Shown here: positions 27,400 through 39,811 of the stretch, piece after piece | Position numbering within the stretch: position 1 is the first letter of the stretch | Layout of the letters: every line of letters begins with the position of its first letter | NCBI GenBank assembly: GCA_036725345.1 | Contig: DAIMEJ010000004.1 | Location: 63,735 to 127,734, forward strand | DNA from: Syntrophales bacterium | GTDB taxonomy: Bacteria; Desulfobacterota; Syntrophia; Syntrophales; UBA2192 | DNA: 64,000 bases | Direction of reading: 5' to 3' | The notes under the pieces: model-generated | The model's database searches: none | The model's input: only the letters and a program-made list of their open reading frames with translations | What the model was told of the DNA's origin: nothing | Program-made: the position numbers and the translations under genes

Positions 27400-28533
27400 T
27401 CACATGCCCTCCCGTCTGAACGCGATGAGGGTCAGGGCGGCCAGCACGGCGTACATGGCGAATAAAACGGCGTAACTCGGCCACAGCGCCGCGAGCCCCA
27501 GACCTCGCAGATAGAGCCCGTTCAGGATATCGATATAGTAGGTCGCCGGGACCACGTAGGTCACCCCCTGGATGACTTTCGGCATGTTGGCAACGGGAAA
27601 GACAAAGTCGGAAAGAAGGAGCGAGGGCAGGTAGGTGACGAGGAGTGCGACCTGGTTCGCCACCAGCTGGGATTTCGCCACCACGGAAATGAGAAGGCCC
27701 AGTCCCAGGGCCACGCAGAGATAGAGGGTCGTGGCCAGCACCATGAGCCAGAAGCTCGATTTCATGACCACGCCGAAGAGAAACTGACCCATCAGCATGG
27801 CCACGAAGACATCGGTCATGGCGATGAAGAAATAGGGGATGGCTTTCCCCGTCAGGAATTCCTCGGCCCGGATGGGGAGCGACTTGATCGTCTCCATCGT
27901 CCCGTTTTCGTATTCCCGCGCAATCACGAGGGACGTCAGCATGGCGCCCACGATCATGATGATGACGGCGATGATCCCCGGGATGATGAACTTCCGGCTC
28001 TCCAGATCCTCGTTGAACCAGACCCTGACGCGCCCCTCCACGGGAGGTTTCATCTTCTCCGTCCCCTGCCGGTTGAGGAAATCGACCAGGAGCCGGTTGT
28101 TGTAGCGCTCGATGAAGGCGGTGATGTAGCCGCGGGACAGGCTCGCAAAATTCGGGTCGCTCCCGTCGAGAAGGACCTGGAGCTGCGCCTTGCGGTCCGC
28201 CCGGATGTCGGCGGTCCAGCCCGGCGGGATGACGAGGACGATCGTCGTGCTCCCACGGTCCAGCTCCCTGACGGCGGCGTCTTCGTCGGGAAGGTGGGTG
28301 ATCACGTCGAAGTAGGGAGAGGCGTCGACCTGGCGGATGAAATCCCGGCTCTCACTTGTCCGATCATGGTCGACGACCATGACGCCCACGTTTTCCACGT
28401 CGAGGCTCAGGGCGTACCCGAAGAGCAGGATCAGCACGAGCGGCAGGACAAAGGCAAGATAGAGACTCCTGAAGTCCCGGACCAGATGATAGTATTCCTT
28501 TCGGGCGGTGGCCCGGATGTTGGTGATCCTCAC
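27400..28533 (-). CDS. ABC-2 type transporter permease (paralog)
   Basis: 377 aa. Same architecture as the 26277..27398 gene. Confidence 0.85.
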   Translation of the reverse strand: MRITNIRATARKEYYHLVRDFRSLYLAFVLPLVLILLFGYALSLDVENVGVMVVDHDRTSESRDFIRQVDASPYFDVITHLPDEDAAVRELDRGSTTIVLVIPPGWTADIRADRKAQLQVLLDGSDPNFASLSRGYITAFIERYNNRLLVDFLNRQGTEKMKPPVEGRVRVWFNEDLESRKFIIPGIIAVIIMIVGAMLTSLVIAREYENGTMETIKSLPIRAEEFLTGKAIPYFFIAMTDVFVAMLMGQFLFGVVMKSSFWLMVLATTLYLCVALGLGLLISVVAKSQLVANQVALLVTYLPSLLLSDFVFPVANMPKVIQGVTYVVPATYYIDILNGLYLRGLGLAALWPSYAVLFAMYAVLAALTLIAFRREGM

Positions 28534-29288
28534 GCGCCTCCGCTCCTGGACATCAGCTTGATGAAGACATCGTTCAGGGTCGCGCCGGGGCGGTCGGGGA
28601 AGGCCTCCCGAATGATTTCGCGGGGACTCCCGATGGCCGCAATTTTCCCTTCGTTGATCATGACGATGCGCTCACAGTTCAGCGCCTCGTCCATGTAATG
28701 GGTGGTCACGAAGACCGTGACCCCCTCGCGGGCAAGGTTTCCGATGAAATCCCAGAAGTGACGTCGCGCAATGGGATCCACCCCCGAGGTGGGTTCATCG
28801 AGGAACAGGATATCCGGGCGGTGAAGGAGCGCGCAACCCAGCGCCAGCCTCTGCCGCCATCCCGGGGGGAGCTCGCGGGTGAGTCTCGAGCTCACGTCCT
28901 GGAGCCGGGTCAGCTTGAGGGCCCACTCGATCCGCTCGGGCCACTGCCGCTCAGGCACTTCGTAGACGCCCAGGTAAAAGCGGATGTTTTCAAAAGGCGT
29001 CAGCTCCTCGTAGAGTGAAAACTTCTGGGACATGTAGCCGATCGTTCTCTTGATCTCCTCGGACTGGGTGATGACATCGTAGCCGGCCACCCGGCCGGAA
29101 CCCGCCGTGGGGGTGATGATGCCGCAGAGCATGCGAATCGTTGTGGATTTTCCCGCCCCGTTCGGGCCCAGGAAACCGAAAATCTCCCCCTTCCGGATCG
29201 AGAAGGAGACCCTGTCCACGGCCACGAAATCGCCGAACCGTTTCTCCAGGTCTTGCACCTGGACGATGTCAGGGTCTGAAGCGGTCAT
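28530..29288 (-). CDS. ABC transporter ATP-binding protein
   Basis: 252 aa. GPNGAGKST, LPPGWRQRL signature variant, LFLDEPTSGVD. Confidence 0.9.
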   Translation of the reverse strand: MTASDPDIVQVQDLEKRFGDFVAVDRVSFSIRKGEIFGFLGPNGAGKSTTIRMLCGIITPTAGSGRVAGYDVITQSEEIKRTIGYMSQKFSLYEELTPFENIRFYLGVYEVPERQWPERIEWALKLTRLQDVSSRLTRELPPGWRQRLALGCALLHRPDILFLDEPTSGVDPIARRHFWDFIGNLAREGVTVFVTTHYMDEALNCERIVMINEGKIAAIGSPREIIREAFPDRPGATLNDVFIKLMSRSGGA

Positions 29289-30030
29289 TCGCCACCTCCT
29301 GGTCCACCGCCTGGATGCGACGGATCAGGGCTTCCTCCAGGTTCGCAAAGGAGGCCCGGATCTCATTCGGATCGGCCGCCTGCAGGAGCCGGGCACGATG
29401 CATCAGGGCGAGCCGATCGCATTTCTCCCCCTCGTCGAGATAGGCCGTTGAAACAACGATGGTCATCCCCTCCCGTTTCATTTCCAGGAGAATCTCCCAG
29501 AACTCCTGCCGGGAGACGGGGTCCACCCCGTTGGTCGGCTCGTCGAGGATCAGGAGGGAAGGCTGGTGCACGAGCACGCAGGCGAGACCGAGTTTCTGCT
29601 TCATGCCGCCCGAGAGGTTCCCCGCGAGCCGGTCCAGGAAGGGTAAAAGATTGGAAAAGCCGAGATAGCGCTCCCGTCGCTTCTCCCTTTCCGCTCCGCG
29701 GATGCCGAAAATATCCATGAAGAAAGCGAGGTTTTCCGCGACGGTGAGATCCTGGTAGAGCCCGAAGCGCTGGGGCATGTAACCGATGAGATCCTTGACC
29801 GCTCCTTTATCAGAGACCGCATCGAGGCCGTTCACAAGGATGCGCCCCGAGGTGGGTGGTATCATGGTGGCGATCATTCTCAGGAGGGTCGACTTCCCCG
29901 CGCCGTCCGAACCCACAAGCCCGAAAAGGGCCCCGCGATCGACGTCGAGGGACAGATGCTCGACGGCCGTGATGTCACCGAAGCGCTTCGCGACGTTTTC
30001 GACCTTGATAATAGGGCTGGCAGCTGTCAC
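29269..30030 (-). CDS. ABC transporter ATP-binding protein
   Basis: 253 aa. GSDGAGKST, LSGGMKQKL, LILDEPTNGVD. Confidence 0.9.
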   Translation of the reverse strand: MTAASPIIKVENVAKRFGDITAVEHLSLDVDRGALFGLVGSDGAGKSTLLRMIATMIPPTSGRILVNGLDAVSDKGAVKDLIGYMPQRFGLYQDLTVAENLAFFMDIFGIRGAEREKRRERYLGFSNLLPFLDRLAGNLSGGMKQKLGLACVLVHQPSLLILDEPTNGVDPVSRQEFWEILLEMKREGMTIVVSTAYLDEGEKCDRLALMHRARLLQAADPNEIRASFANLEEALIRRIQAVDQEVANDRFRP

Positions 30031-30063
30031 GGCGTTTTCCTGCCCGGCCTTCAGCCTTGCGCC

Positions 30064-31140
30064 TTATTTCAGCCAGGCATCGGCGGGCATACCGGATTTG
30101 AGTTCGAGGTCAGGATTCGGCAGGATGATCTGAACGAGATAAACGAGCTTGACCCTCTCCTTCTGGGTCTGGATGATCTTGGGGGTGAATTCGCCCTCCG
30201 GGGAGATGTAGGACACGGTGCCGTGATACACCTTGCCGGGGAAGGTATCCACCTTGACTTCCGCTTTCTGGCCCGGCTTCACTTTGCCGATCTCCGTCTC
30301 CCCGACGAAGATTTTCAGCTTCACCTCGGAGAGGTCGGAGATTGTAAAAACCTGGCGGCCGGGAGACACAACGACACCGGGCTCCACGTTTCGGCTCGTG
30401 ATGATCCCGCTGTAGGGCGCCTTGAGCTGGGTATGGTTGAGTTGAATTTCAGCCAGATCCGCCGCCGCCTTCGAGGCCTTGACCTGTGCCGCAGCCGCTT
30501 CGATCTGTTTTCCGATCGATTCGAGATTCTGGAGGTTGCCCGTGGCCTGGCGGAGGACCGCCTCGGCTTCGGTGAGACGGGCGCGTGCCGTGTCGTGCGC
30601 CAGCGTCACCGCCTCCCATTCCTTTTTCGAAACGACCGCCCGCTCGTAAAGCCGATCGTAACGTTCCTTGTTGCTCCGGGCCTCGGCAAGGACGTCCTTC
30701 GCACTGGCCACACCGGCCTCCGCGCGCGTCACATCGGCCGGAAGCGTCTTGCGGTTGATCTCCAGGACCGTCCTGAGCTGTTTAAGGCTCTCCTCGGCTT
30801 TTTTCAGGTTGGCCCTGGCCTGTTCAAGGGCCGCCACATACTCCTGACGGTCCAGTTCTGCAAGCACCTGTTCCTTCGTCACCGACTGTCCTTCCTTCAC
30901 ATGAACCGTTGTCACACGGCCGTTCACCTGGAAGGCCAGTTCCGACTGGGTGGATTCGATGGTCCCCGAGTAATAGGTCTCCTGCAGCCTCGCCTTCCGC
31001 TGCCCGAGGTACACAAGAACGGCAACGGCCACGAACAGGGTGAGAAACACCGCCAGGATGATCTTTCTTCTCAAGGTGCATCCTCCCTGATGGAAAGACA
31101 AGGTCGTGAAAGGGGTGATGAATCGCCGCCAGACTACCAT
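30064..31140 (-). CDS. HlyD-family membrane fusion protein (start uncertain)
   Basis: 358 aa. N-terminal TM, long coiled-coil region, C-terminal beta-barrel (GMPADAWLK). YbhG-like, directly upstream of the ABC genes. Confidence 0.8.
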   Translation of the reverse strand: MVVWRRFITPFTTLSFHQGGCTLRRKIILAVFLTLFVAVAVLVYLGQRKARLQETYYSGTIESTQSELAFQVNGRVTTVHVKEGQSVTKEQVLAELDRQEYVAALEQARANLKKAEESLKQLRTVLEINRKTLPADVTRAEAGVASAKDVLAEARSNKERYDRLYERAVVSKKEWEAVTLAHDTARARLTEAEAVLRQATGNLQNLESIGKQIEAAAAQVKASKAAADLAEIQLNHTQLKAPYSGIITSRNVEPGVVVSPGRQVFTISDLSEVKLKIFVGETEIGKVKPGQKAEVKVDTFPGKVYHGTVSYISPEGEFTPKIIQTQKERVKLVYLVQIILPNPDLELKSGMPADAWLK

Positions 31141-31202
31141 CGGCGCGTTAAATTCTCAAGGGAATTGATGCAAAAAGGATGTCTGGGAGAGGATCTTGGC
31201 GG

Positions 31203-31511
31203 TCAGGCCGGCATCTTCACTTCGAAATGCTGATTCAGCCGCTGGGCCGAGAAAAGCGAGAAAAGATCACTGCAGGCATTGACGACACAGAGCCTTCCGC
31301 CCTTCCTCTTCAGGGCGTTATGCGTGGCGATCAGAACACCGAGCCCGATGGAGTCGATCATGCGAACACCGGTGAGATCAACGACGATCCGCTGAATCCC
31401 TTCTTCCATGAGCGACCAGAGGCTTCGCCGGAGCTCCTGCGCGTTAGAGGCAATGATATCCCGGCCCGGCACGACGACATTGCACTGTTCCTTTTGATCG
31501 TTCTCTTTCAT
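31203..31511 (-). CDS. STAS-domain anti-sigma-factor antagonist
   Basis: 102 aa. VVDLTGVRMIDSIGLGVL contains the conserved phosphorylatable Ser in DSxG. Confidence 0.8.
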   Translation of the reverse strand: MKENDQKEQCNVVVPGRDIIASNAQELRRSLWSLMEEGIQRIVVDLTGVRMIDSIGLGVLIATHNALKRKGGRLCVVNACSDLFSLFSAQRLNQHFEVKMPA

Positions 31512-31610
31512 TTGAAGAAATTCTCCTCCATGGACTTTCAGGTCCCCTTCGAGCCGAACATGCGAAGCGGACAGCCGGGAACCGGGTCCGTTTCGATCCC
31601 CCCGCCGGCA

Positions 31611-31928
31611 TCAGGGCGCTTTCCCGATTTCGAAGTGCCGGTCCAGCTGCATGGCCGCGAAGAGATCATAGATCTCCCTTGAAACATTGGCGACGGCAAG
31701 TTTCACCCCTTTCTTACGAAAGGCGTTATGGGCGGCGATCAGGACGCCGAGGCCGACAGAGTCCACCATCCGGACATGGCTCAAGTCCAGAACAAGAGAC
31801 ACGGGGCTCTTCCTCAGCACGGAACGAACCTGCTTTCTGAAGTCTTCTATCGTCGACGCCACAAGGTCGCCGTTAGGTTGCAACACGCTCGGCGCGCCCT
31901 TTGTCCTTACCCTGCTTTTGGTCCCCAT
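31611..31928 (-). CDS. STAS-domain anti-sigma-factor antagonist (paralog)
   Basis: 105 aa. VLDLSHVRMVDSVGLGVL. Confidence 0.8.
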   Translation of the reverse strand: MGTKSRVRTKGAPSVLQPNGDLVASTIEDFRKQVRSVLRKSPVSLVLDLSHVRMVDSVGLGVLIAAHNAFRKKGVKLAVANVSREIYDLFAAMQLDRHFEIGKAP

Positions 31929-32027
31929 GATACCCCCTGGCGATCGGCATCGCCGTATGATGTGTCTTTCGTTTTCCCGCAGCGGCCTCCCCGGAAGAGG
32001 CCTGCCAAATGTTTGTGCGCCGCCGTC

Positions 32028-32444
32028 CTATCTAAACCGCAGCACCAGGCGATTCCCCTTGTCATTGAACCGGACTTCCGAGGCGTACTGCCGCATGATG
32101 AAAAGACCACGGCCGGATTCAGACCGAACCCTGGGTTTGCCTTTCATATGCTGTTTCCAGTCAAATCCCGCCCCCTCATCTTCGATCTCCATCACCAGAT
32201 CACCCTCGTCCACGTGAATCCCGTAGCGGATCAGCTTTCGCGGATTTTTTTTGTTGCCGTGCAGGATCGCGTTGGTAAGCGCCTCCCTCATCGACAGCAG
32301 GATCCGGAAGGTTTTCTCCTGGACACCCAGCCGCGACAGGAAATTCTCCGTCTCCCGGCTGACCGCATCGACCTGTTCCAGCGCGGAAGAGAACAGGATG
32401 GTCAGATGTTCGGACAATGTGCGGACTTCAAACGTCGTGTTCAT
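32028..32444 (-). CDS. anti-sigma regulatory factor / Ser-protein kinase (RsbW/SpoIIAB-like HATPase)
   Basis: 138 aa. EALTNAILHGN (N-box) and DEGAGFD (G1-box). Confidence 0.75.
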   Translation of the reverse strand: MNTTFEVRTLSEHLTILFSSALEQVDAVSRETENFLSRLGVQEKTFRILLSMREALTNAILHGNKKNPRKLIRYGIHVDEGDLVMEIEDEGAGFDWKQHMKGKPRVRSESGRGLFIMRQYASEVRFNDKGNRLVLRFR

Positions 32445-32512
32445 ATCCTCGAATTCACGATGGGTAATCCATCCTCCCGGAACGTACGTCCTCTGCGCCG
32501 GAAAGGCCCCGG

Positions 32513-33775
32513 CTAGAGGTCCACCCCCAGAAGCAGCACGTCGTCCTGGAGGGCTTTTTCATCAGGGCAGATGGCGGCCACAACCTCACGCACGGCGGGC
32601 CCGATGGGCAGGTTGCGCGTCTCGACACAGGCCTCGATGAGTTCAACCATGCCGTCCTCCCTCCGCCGCCGGTTCTCCCCGTATCGCTCGATCAGGCCGT
32701 CCGTGTAGAAAAACAGCCTTCCGCCCCCGGAGAACGTCAGGGAAAGCGGCTCAAAGGACACGGTTTCGAAGGCACCGAGGATGTCCCCCTTCGCTTCCAG
32801 TGTTTGAACGTCTCCGCGGGCATCGATATAGACGGGGGGACAGTGGCCGGCGTTGATGAGGGTCAATTCCCCTGCCCTGCGATCGAGCCGGGCGTAACAG
32901 GCCGTCAGATACTCACCGTCCCGCAGGAGCCGAATGAAAACCTGATTGATGATCTGCATAGTCTCCCCGGGTGTCCTGCCGTTGCCCGTGTTCTGGCTGA
33001 TGAGGGCCTTCAGGGCAAAGGTATTATAGGACGTCCGGATATCATGCCCGCTGATGTCGGCGACGAAGAAACCGAATACATCGGACCCCGAAGAGAAGAC
33101 ATCATAGAAATCCCCGCCGGCTTCGAGGATCGGAACATATCGGACGGCAAAATTCGCCTCGGGGAGGTCCTCCGGGCGCACGAGGATGGCCTGCTGGGCT
33201 TCCCGGACCTGCCTCAATCTTTCCGCCTGGGCCTCGATGATGTACCGGTAGGTATCCCGCGTCTCCAGGTGGCGCTGCACACGGGCAATGACTTCGAATT
33301 TGTCGAAAGGTTTGGTGATGTAATCCACGGCGCCCAGCGCGAGTCCCTTGATTTTGCTCCCCACGTCTTCGACGGCCGTGACAAATATGACGGGGATGTC
33401 CGCCGTCAGCGGGTCTGACTTGAGCATGCGGCACGCATCGAACCCGCTCTCGCCGGGCATCATGATGTCCAGCAGGATCAGGGCCGGGCGCCTGCGCCGC
33501 GCGAGTTCCCTGCCTTCCCGCCCGTCCAGCGCCGCAAGCGGGACGTAACCTTCCGTCCTGAGGATGGCTTCCAGCAACCTGATGTTTGAGGGGTTATCGT
33601 CGATGATGAGAACGGCCGGTGTTTCCCCGTCGTCGGATTTCTCCCGCAGGGTCCGTACTTGGATTCCAGCGTTGTCGCGCATGTTTTTATCCTTTTGATC
33701 GTCCACTCGCGTGCATCCTTTTCCCTCCGTCCTTGCCGGCGTTTCCCGGGCTCCTTCCCGCGCGGCCTGATCCAC
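32513..33775 (-). CDS. response regulator with PP2C/SpoIIE phosphatase output (RsbU-like); start uncertain
   Basis: 420 aa. REC (VLIIDDNPSN...LLDIMMPGESG...KP) followed by a PP2C region (GGDFYDVF...ADISGHD...YTDGL). Confidence 0.85.
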   Translation of the reverse strand: MDQAAREGARETPARTEGKGCTRVDDQKDKNMRDNAGIQVRTLREKSDDGETPAVLIIDDNPSNIRLLEAILRTEGYVPLAALDGREGRELARRRRPALILLDIMMPGESGFDACRMLKSDPLTADIPVIFVTAVEDVGSKIKGLALGAVDYITKPFDKFEVIARVQRHLETRDTYRYIIEAQAERLRQVREAQQAILVRPEDLPEANFAVRYVPILEAGGDFYDVFSSGSDVFGFFVADISGHDIRTSYNTFALKALISQNTGNGRTPGETMQIINQVFIRLLRDGEYLTACYARLDRRAGELTLINAGHCPPVYIDARGDVQTLEAKGDILGAFETVSFEPLSLTFSGGGRLFFYTDGLIERYGENRRRREDGMVELIEACVETRNLPIGPAVREVVAAICPDEKALQDDVLLLGVDL

Positions 33776-33787
33776 CTCCCCGCAGAT

Positions 33788-35737
33788 TCAATGCGCTGCG
33801 ACCTTTTCTCCCAGGATGGCTTCGATGCTTCTGGAAAGTTCTTCCATGTTGAAGGGTTTCTGAATAAACCCGCTGCATCCCCGGTCGAGAATCTTGGCCG
33901 CCTCGCCGTCGATGCTGTAACCGCTCAGAAGAAGGACCTTGACGGCGGGATTTATCTTCTTCATGTGGTCGAAGGCCTCGCCGCCACCCATGTTGGGCAT
34001 GATCATATCAAGAAGCACGATGTCGATCTCTCCTCCGCTCCGGCCATAAATTTCGAGCGCCTCAATCCCGTCCCGGGCCGTGTAGACCCGGTAGCCCATT
34101 GTCTTCAGCAGAGCCCCGCCTACCTCCAGCATCGATTCCTCATCGTCCACCAGGAGCACCGTTTCTTTGCCCTTCTTGACGGGCTCGGCAGCCTCTTCGG
34201 CGATTTTGACCACTTTTTTCACCGATGCCGGCAGGTATATTTTGAACGTGGTTCCCCTCCCCATTTCGGACTCGACGTCGATGAAACCGCCGTGTCCCTT
34301 GACGATACCGTAAGCTGAGGCCAACCCCAGGCCCGTCCCCCGGCCCATCTCCTTCGTCGTGAAGAAGGGCTCGAAGATGCGTTCCAGGGTGTTTTTATCC
34401 ATGCCGCTCCCGGTGTCCGTGATCGAGAAAAGCACGTAATAGCCGGGTTTCGGGTTATAAAGCTTGTCCTGCATGGCCTCGTGGTCGGTGTTCTCCGTTT
34501 TCAGGGTCATATCACCGCCTCCGATCATGGCGTCGGCCGCGTTGACAAAGAGGTTCATGAGGACCTGCTCGATCTGCCCCGCATCGGCTTCGATGGGTCG
34601 TAAATTCGAATCGAGATCGTAATGGATGACAAGGTCTTTTCTCGTCCTGCTGAACGTTTCTGCGGTTTCCTGAATCATCTGATTCAGCTCCAGGGGCCGG
34701 ACCTCGTATCGCCCTTTTCTCGCGTATCCCAGGAGCTGGCCCGTCAGGCGCGATCCGCTCTGGACCTGTTTCTCCATACCCTTCAACCGCTCATAATAGG
34801 GGTGGGTCGGTTCGAGATCGAAGAGCATCAGGGAGATGTTTCCCTGGATGACCATCAGGAGGTTGTTGAAATCGTGGGCGATGCCGCCCGCGAGTGTTCC
34901 GATGGCCTCCATCTTCTGCGCGTGTTGAAGCTGCGCCTCCATCCTCTGCCGGTCGGTCACGTCATCGAAAACCACGATGATTGTTTTTTTCACGTCCTCC
35001 ACCATCGGGAGGATCTTGACCAGGACCTGTCTCGATTGAAGCTTCACGGGCGAATCATCAAACACCGTCTGTGAGAGCGAGAGCACCTTGGAAACCATCT
35101 CCTCCATCCGGACCCGGTCCTCGTCCTGGAAGAGGTCTCGAAAGTGGGAGGCCAGAAGACGCTCCTCCGGAATGCCGCTGAGCCGGACTGCCGTCGGGTT
35201 GGCATAGACAACCCGTCCGTCCGGCGTGATCTCCAGTATGCCCTCCGCGAGGGTGTTCAGGATGGTTTCGTAATGCCTCTTGATCGTCAGCAGCTCCCGC
35301 GTGATCTGCCGGGCGTGGAGACCTTCCGTGCCGAGGATCCGATCGGACAATTTCCGGCTGCCCTTCAAATTGAATTCGTGCAGGGCTTCCTGAATGGTCT
35401 TGGACATCGTGCCCAGGGGACCCTTCGCGATGCAAAGATCCGCCCCGTACTCCCGGTAGTTGAACCCCTCCTCTTCGGCGGCGATGGCCGAGAGAATGAC
35501 CAGGAAGGCGTCTTTCAGTCTCGGCATGCCCCGGATAATCTGACAGAGTTTTCTCCCGTCGATATTGGGCATGATGAGATCGATGAATATGATGTCCGGG
35601 GTGTAGGTCTGGATGATATCCAGGGCCATGAGGCCGTCTTCGGCGGTCATGACCTGATACCCCTGCCTGTTGAGAAACCTCGTCATGAACTCCAGCATGA
35701 CGGGATGGTTATCGACGACCAGTGATTTCTTGTTCAT
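33788..35737 (-). CDS. hybrid histidine kinase REC-PAS-HisKA-HATPase-REC
   Basis: 649 aa. N-terminal REC (FIDLIMPNIDG), PAS region, GGIAHDFNNLL H-box, HATPase boxes, C-terminal REC (VLLVDDE...LLDMIMPNMGG). Confidence 0.9.
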   Translation of the reverse strand: MNKKSLVVDNHPVMLEFMTRFLNRQGYQVMTAEDGLMALDIIQTYTPDIIFIDLIMPNIDGRKLCQIIRGMPRLKDAFLVILSAIAAEEEGFNYREYGADLCIAKGPLGTMSKTIQEALHEFNLKGSRKLSDRILGTEGLHARQITRELLTIKRHYETILNTLAEGILEITPDGRVVYANPTAVRLSGIPEERLLASHFRDLFQDEDRVRMEEMVSKVLSLSQTVFDDSPVKLQSRQVLVKILPMVEDVKKTIIVVFDDVTDRQRMEAQLQHAQKMEAIGTLAGGIAHDFNNLLMVIQGNISLMLFDLEPTHPYYERLKGMEKQVQSGSRLTGQLLGYARKGRYEVRPLELNQMIQETAETFSRTRKDLVIHYDLDSNLRPIEADAGQIEQVLMNLFVNAADAMIGGGDMTLKTENTDHEAMQDKLYNPKPGYYVLFSITDTGSGMDKNTLERIFEPFFTTKEMGRGTGLGLASAYGIVKGHGGFIDVESEMGRGTTFKIYLPASVKKVVKIAEEAAEPVKKGKETVLLVDDEESMLEVGGALLKTMGYRVYTARDGIEALEIYGRSGGEIDIVLLDMIMPNMGGGEAFDHMKKINPAVKVLLLSGYSIDGEAAKILDRGCSGFIQKPFNMEELSRSIEAILGEKVAAH

Positions 35738-36701
35738 GGGATTCGCCCTTCACTTCGAATGATTTTTCTTTGACATTTTGTCCCTGGACCCTGTTCCGCC
35801 CCGCGCGCTTCGCCTCGTAGAGAAATTCGTCGGCTTCTTCCATCAGGGCATCGAAGGTGGTTCTCTCACCCCTCGCCGGACTGAAACTGGAAACCCCGAA
35901 ACTGGAGGTGATCCGGATGTCTTTTCCCTTCAGACGGAACGCCTTCTCCGAAACGACGCACCTCAACCGTTCGGCCACCAGGCAGGCCGGCTGAAGATCC
36001 GTTTCCGGAAGCACGATGAGAAACTCTTCCCCCCCGTAACGGGCGATCCAGTCGATGTCCTGCCGGATCGAGGTTTCCAGGCAGCGGACAAACTCTTTCA
36101 AAATCAGGTCTCCCGCCTTGTGTCCGAATTCGTCGTTGACCTCCTTGAAGTGATCGATGTCGCACATGATGATCGACAGCGGGTGGCCGTATCGGTGCGA
36201 CCTTTTGATTTCCTGCGGAAGCCGCTCCATGAGGTGAATGCGATTGAAGATCCCCGTCAGGGGGTCCTTGATGGACATGGACCGGATCTCTTCGTTCGTC
36301 GTCTTGAGCGACTTTTCGAGCCCGAGGATGCGCTGCGCCGTCTTCAGTCGCACCAGAAGCTCCGACGGGTTGATGGGCTTGACGAGATATTCATCGGCGC
36401 CGGCTTCCAGCCCCCGCACGATGTCGGACTTGCCATCCTTCACGGTGAGAACGATGATATAGATGTAACCGGGCAGGTCCTCGTGCCGGATCGCCTGACA
36501 GAGCTGCAAACCGTCCATCTCCGGCATGACCCAGTCCGTGATGACGATGGGATAAAAAGTGTGTTTTAAAATCTCGAGGGCGTCCCGCCCGTTCACGGCG
36601 ACACGGACCTCGCTGCAGCCGGCCTCCGCGAGGATCTTCTCCAGAAGCCTCCGGGTCACCGGATCATCTTCGACCACAAGGATGGGATAGGCGTTTTTCA
36701 T
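35709..36701 (-). CDS. response regulator diguanylate cyclase (REC-GGDEF)
   Basis: Family-like start MKNAYPILVVEDD at ATG 36701. GGDEF domain with RYGGEEFLIV. The RxxD I-site was not checked. Confidence 0.85.
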   Translation of the reverse strand: MKNAYPILVVEDDPVTRRLLEKILAEAGCSEVRVAVNGRDALEILKHTFYPIVITDWVMPEMDGLQLCQAIRHEDLPGYIYIIVLTVKDGKSDIVRGLEAGADEYLVKPINPSELLVRLKTAQRILGLEKSLKTTNEEIRSMSIKDPLTGIFNRIHLMERLPQEIKRSHRYGHPLSIIMCDIDHFKEVNDEFGHKAGDLILKEFVRCLETSIRQDIDWIARYGGEEFLIVLPETDLQPACLVAERLRCVVSEKAFRLKGKDIRITSSFGVSSFSPARGERTTFDALMEEADEFLYEAKRAGRNRVQGQNVKEKSFEVKGESHEQEITGRR

Positions 36702-36735
36702 GTCCTCAATTCCGGGACCGTCCCCGGCCCGGCAA

Positions 36736-37065
36736 TCAATGTCTGCCCGACAGGACCATGGTCCCGACGATCTGCTCAAGGTTGTCTTTGATTTTTTCCG
36801 CCGCCTCGATCGTCCCGTTCAACTCATTTGCCCGGGCGTTCCCCTCGATGGCCTTTGCAAGTGCGTGAATCTCCTCGAACCCGAGGTTGATGGCCGCGCC
36901 CCGGATGGAGTGGGCGCACATGGCCATCCTGCTGAAATCCATTTCCTTTGCGGCGGCGTTGATGTGATCGAGTTCTGCGAGGCTGCTCTCCAGGAAGAGC
37001 TCCACCAGTTCCATGAACTCCTCCTCGCTGAACCCTATTCGGTCGGCCATTTGCCTGAAGTTCAT
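36736..37065 (-). CDS. Hpt (histidine phosphotransfer) domain protein
   Basis: 109 aa from ATG 37065 (SD GAGGGGA upstream). MCAHSIRGAAINLG carries the phosphoaccepting His. Confidence 0.7.
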   Translation of the reverse strand: MNFRQMADRIGFSEEEFMELVELFLESSLAELDHINAAAKEMDFSRMAMCAHSIRGAAINLGFEEIHALAKAIEGNARANELNGTIEAAEKIKDNLEQIVGTMVLSGRH

Positions 37066-37105
37066 ACGGTCCCCTCTGTGATTTAAAACGGATGAAAAAG
37101 AGCCG

Positions 37106-38965
<1,860 letters not shown>

Positions 38966-39190
38966 CCTTTTTCATAAAATACTGATATAATGGAAAAGAA
39001 TCCTCAGACGACCCCTAAAAAGGGACTCCACGTCACAGCCCCGCCTGTTAATACCTTCATGCCCGGCGGGTCTGCCGCGGGGCGGACAAGATTCCGCCGA
39101 AGGGTTGTAGATGCAATAAGCAGACCACAGCCACTTAAAATAATACCTTGATTTTTAAACCATTTTACGGCACCGGATGTTCAGCGAGAC

Positions 39191-39811
39191 GTGCCCATGC
39201 AGCTAGCTCAATTGATCCTGGCCTCGGCCTCCCCCCGCAGAGAGGAACTCCTGTCCCTTGCCGGGATTACCTTTCAGGTTATTCCCAGTGAAGTGGTCGA
39301 GGGGATGGTCGGAGATGAGTCGCCGGAGGCGCACGTTCTGCGCCTCGCCGAAGCGAAGGCCGCTTCTGTTGCCGGGCTCTACCCCGATGCCTGGGTCCTG
39401 GGAGCCGATACCGTTGTGGTCATAGACGGTGAGGTCCTGGGAAAGCCCGCCCGGAGAGAAGAGGCCAGGGTGATGATGCACAAATTGAGCGGAAGGACCC
39501 ACCGGGTTATCACGGGGTTCACCCTTCTCAAGTCGGCGGAGAAGGCCAGAGTCCGAAAAGCCGTCACCTCGACCGTCACCTTTAGGGAGATGACGGCGGA
39601 AGAGGTGGAGTGGTACATCGACACGGAAGAGCCCTACGACAAGGCAGGGGGCTATGCCGTCCAGGGACGGGCAGCCCTCTTCATCCGTCAAATCAGTGGT
39701 TCATACACGAATGTCATCGGACTGCCGATCTGTGAAGTCGTCGAGGCCCTTCGTGACGTCGGGGCTGTTGATTTCGCTGCGGGGGAGCGCTATGTCGGAC
39801 GTTCGGAATAA
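39191..39811 (+). CDS. maf: Maf-family nucleoside triphosphate pyrophosphatase
   Basis: 206 aa. LILASASPRR...GADTVV...KAGGYAVQG. Confidence 0.85.
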   Translation: MPMQLAQLILASASPRREELLSLAGITFQVIPSEVVEGMVGDESPEAHVLRLAEAKAASVAGLYPDAWVLGADTVVVIDGEVLGKPARREEARVMMHKLSGRTHRVITGFTLLKSAEKARVRKAVTSTVTFREMTAEEVEWYIDTEEPYDKAGGYAVQGRAALFIRQISGSYTNVIGLPICEVVEALRDVGAVDFAAGERYVGRSE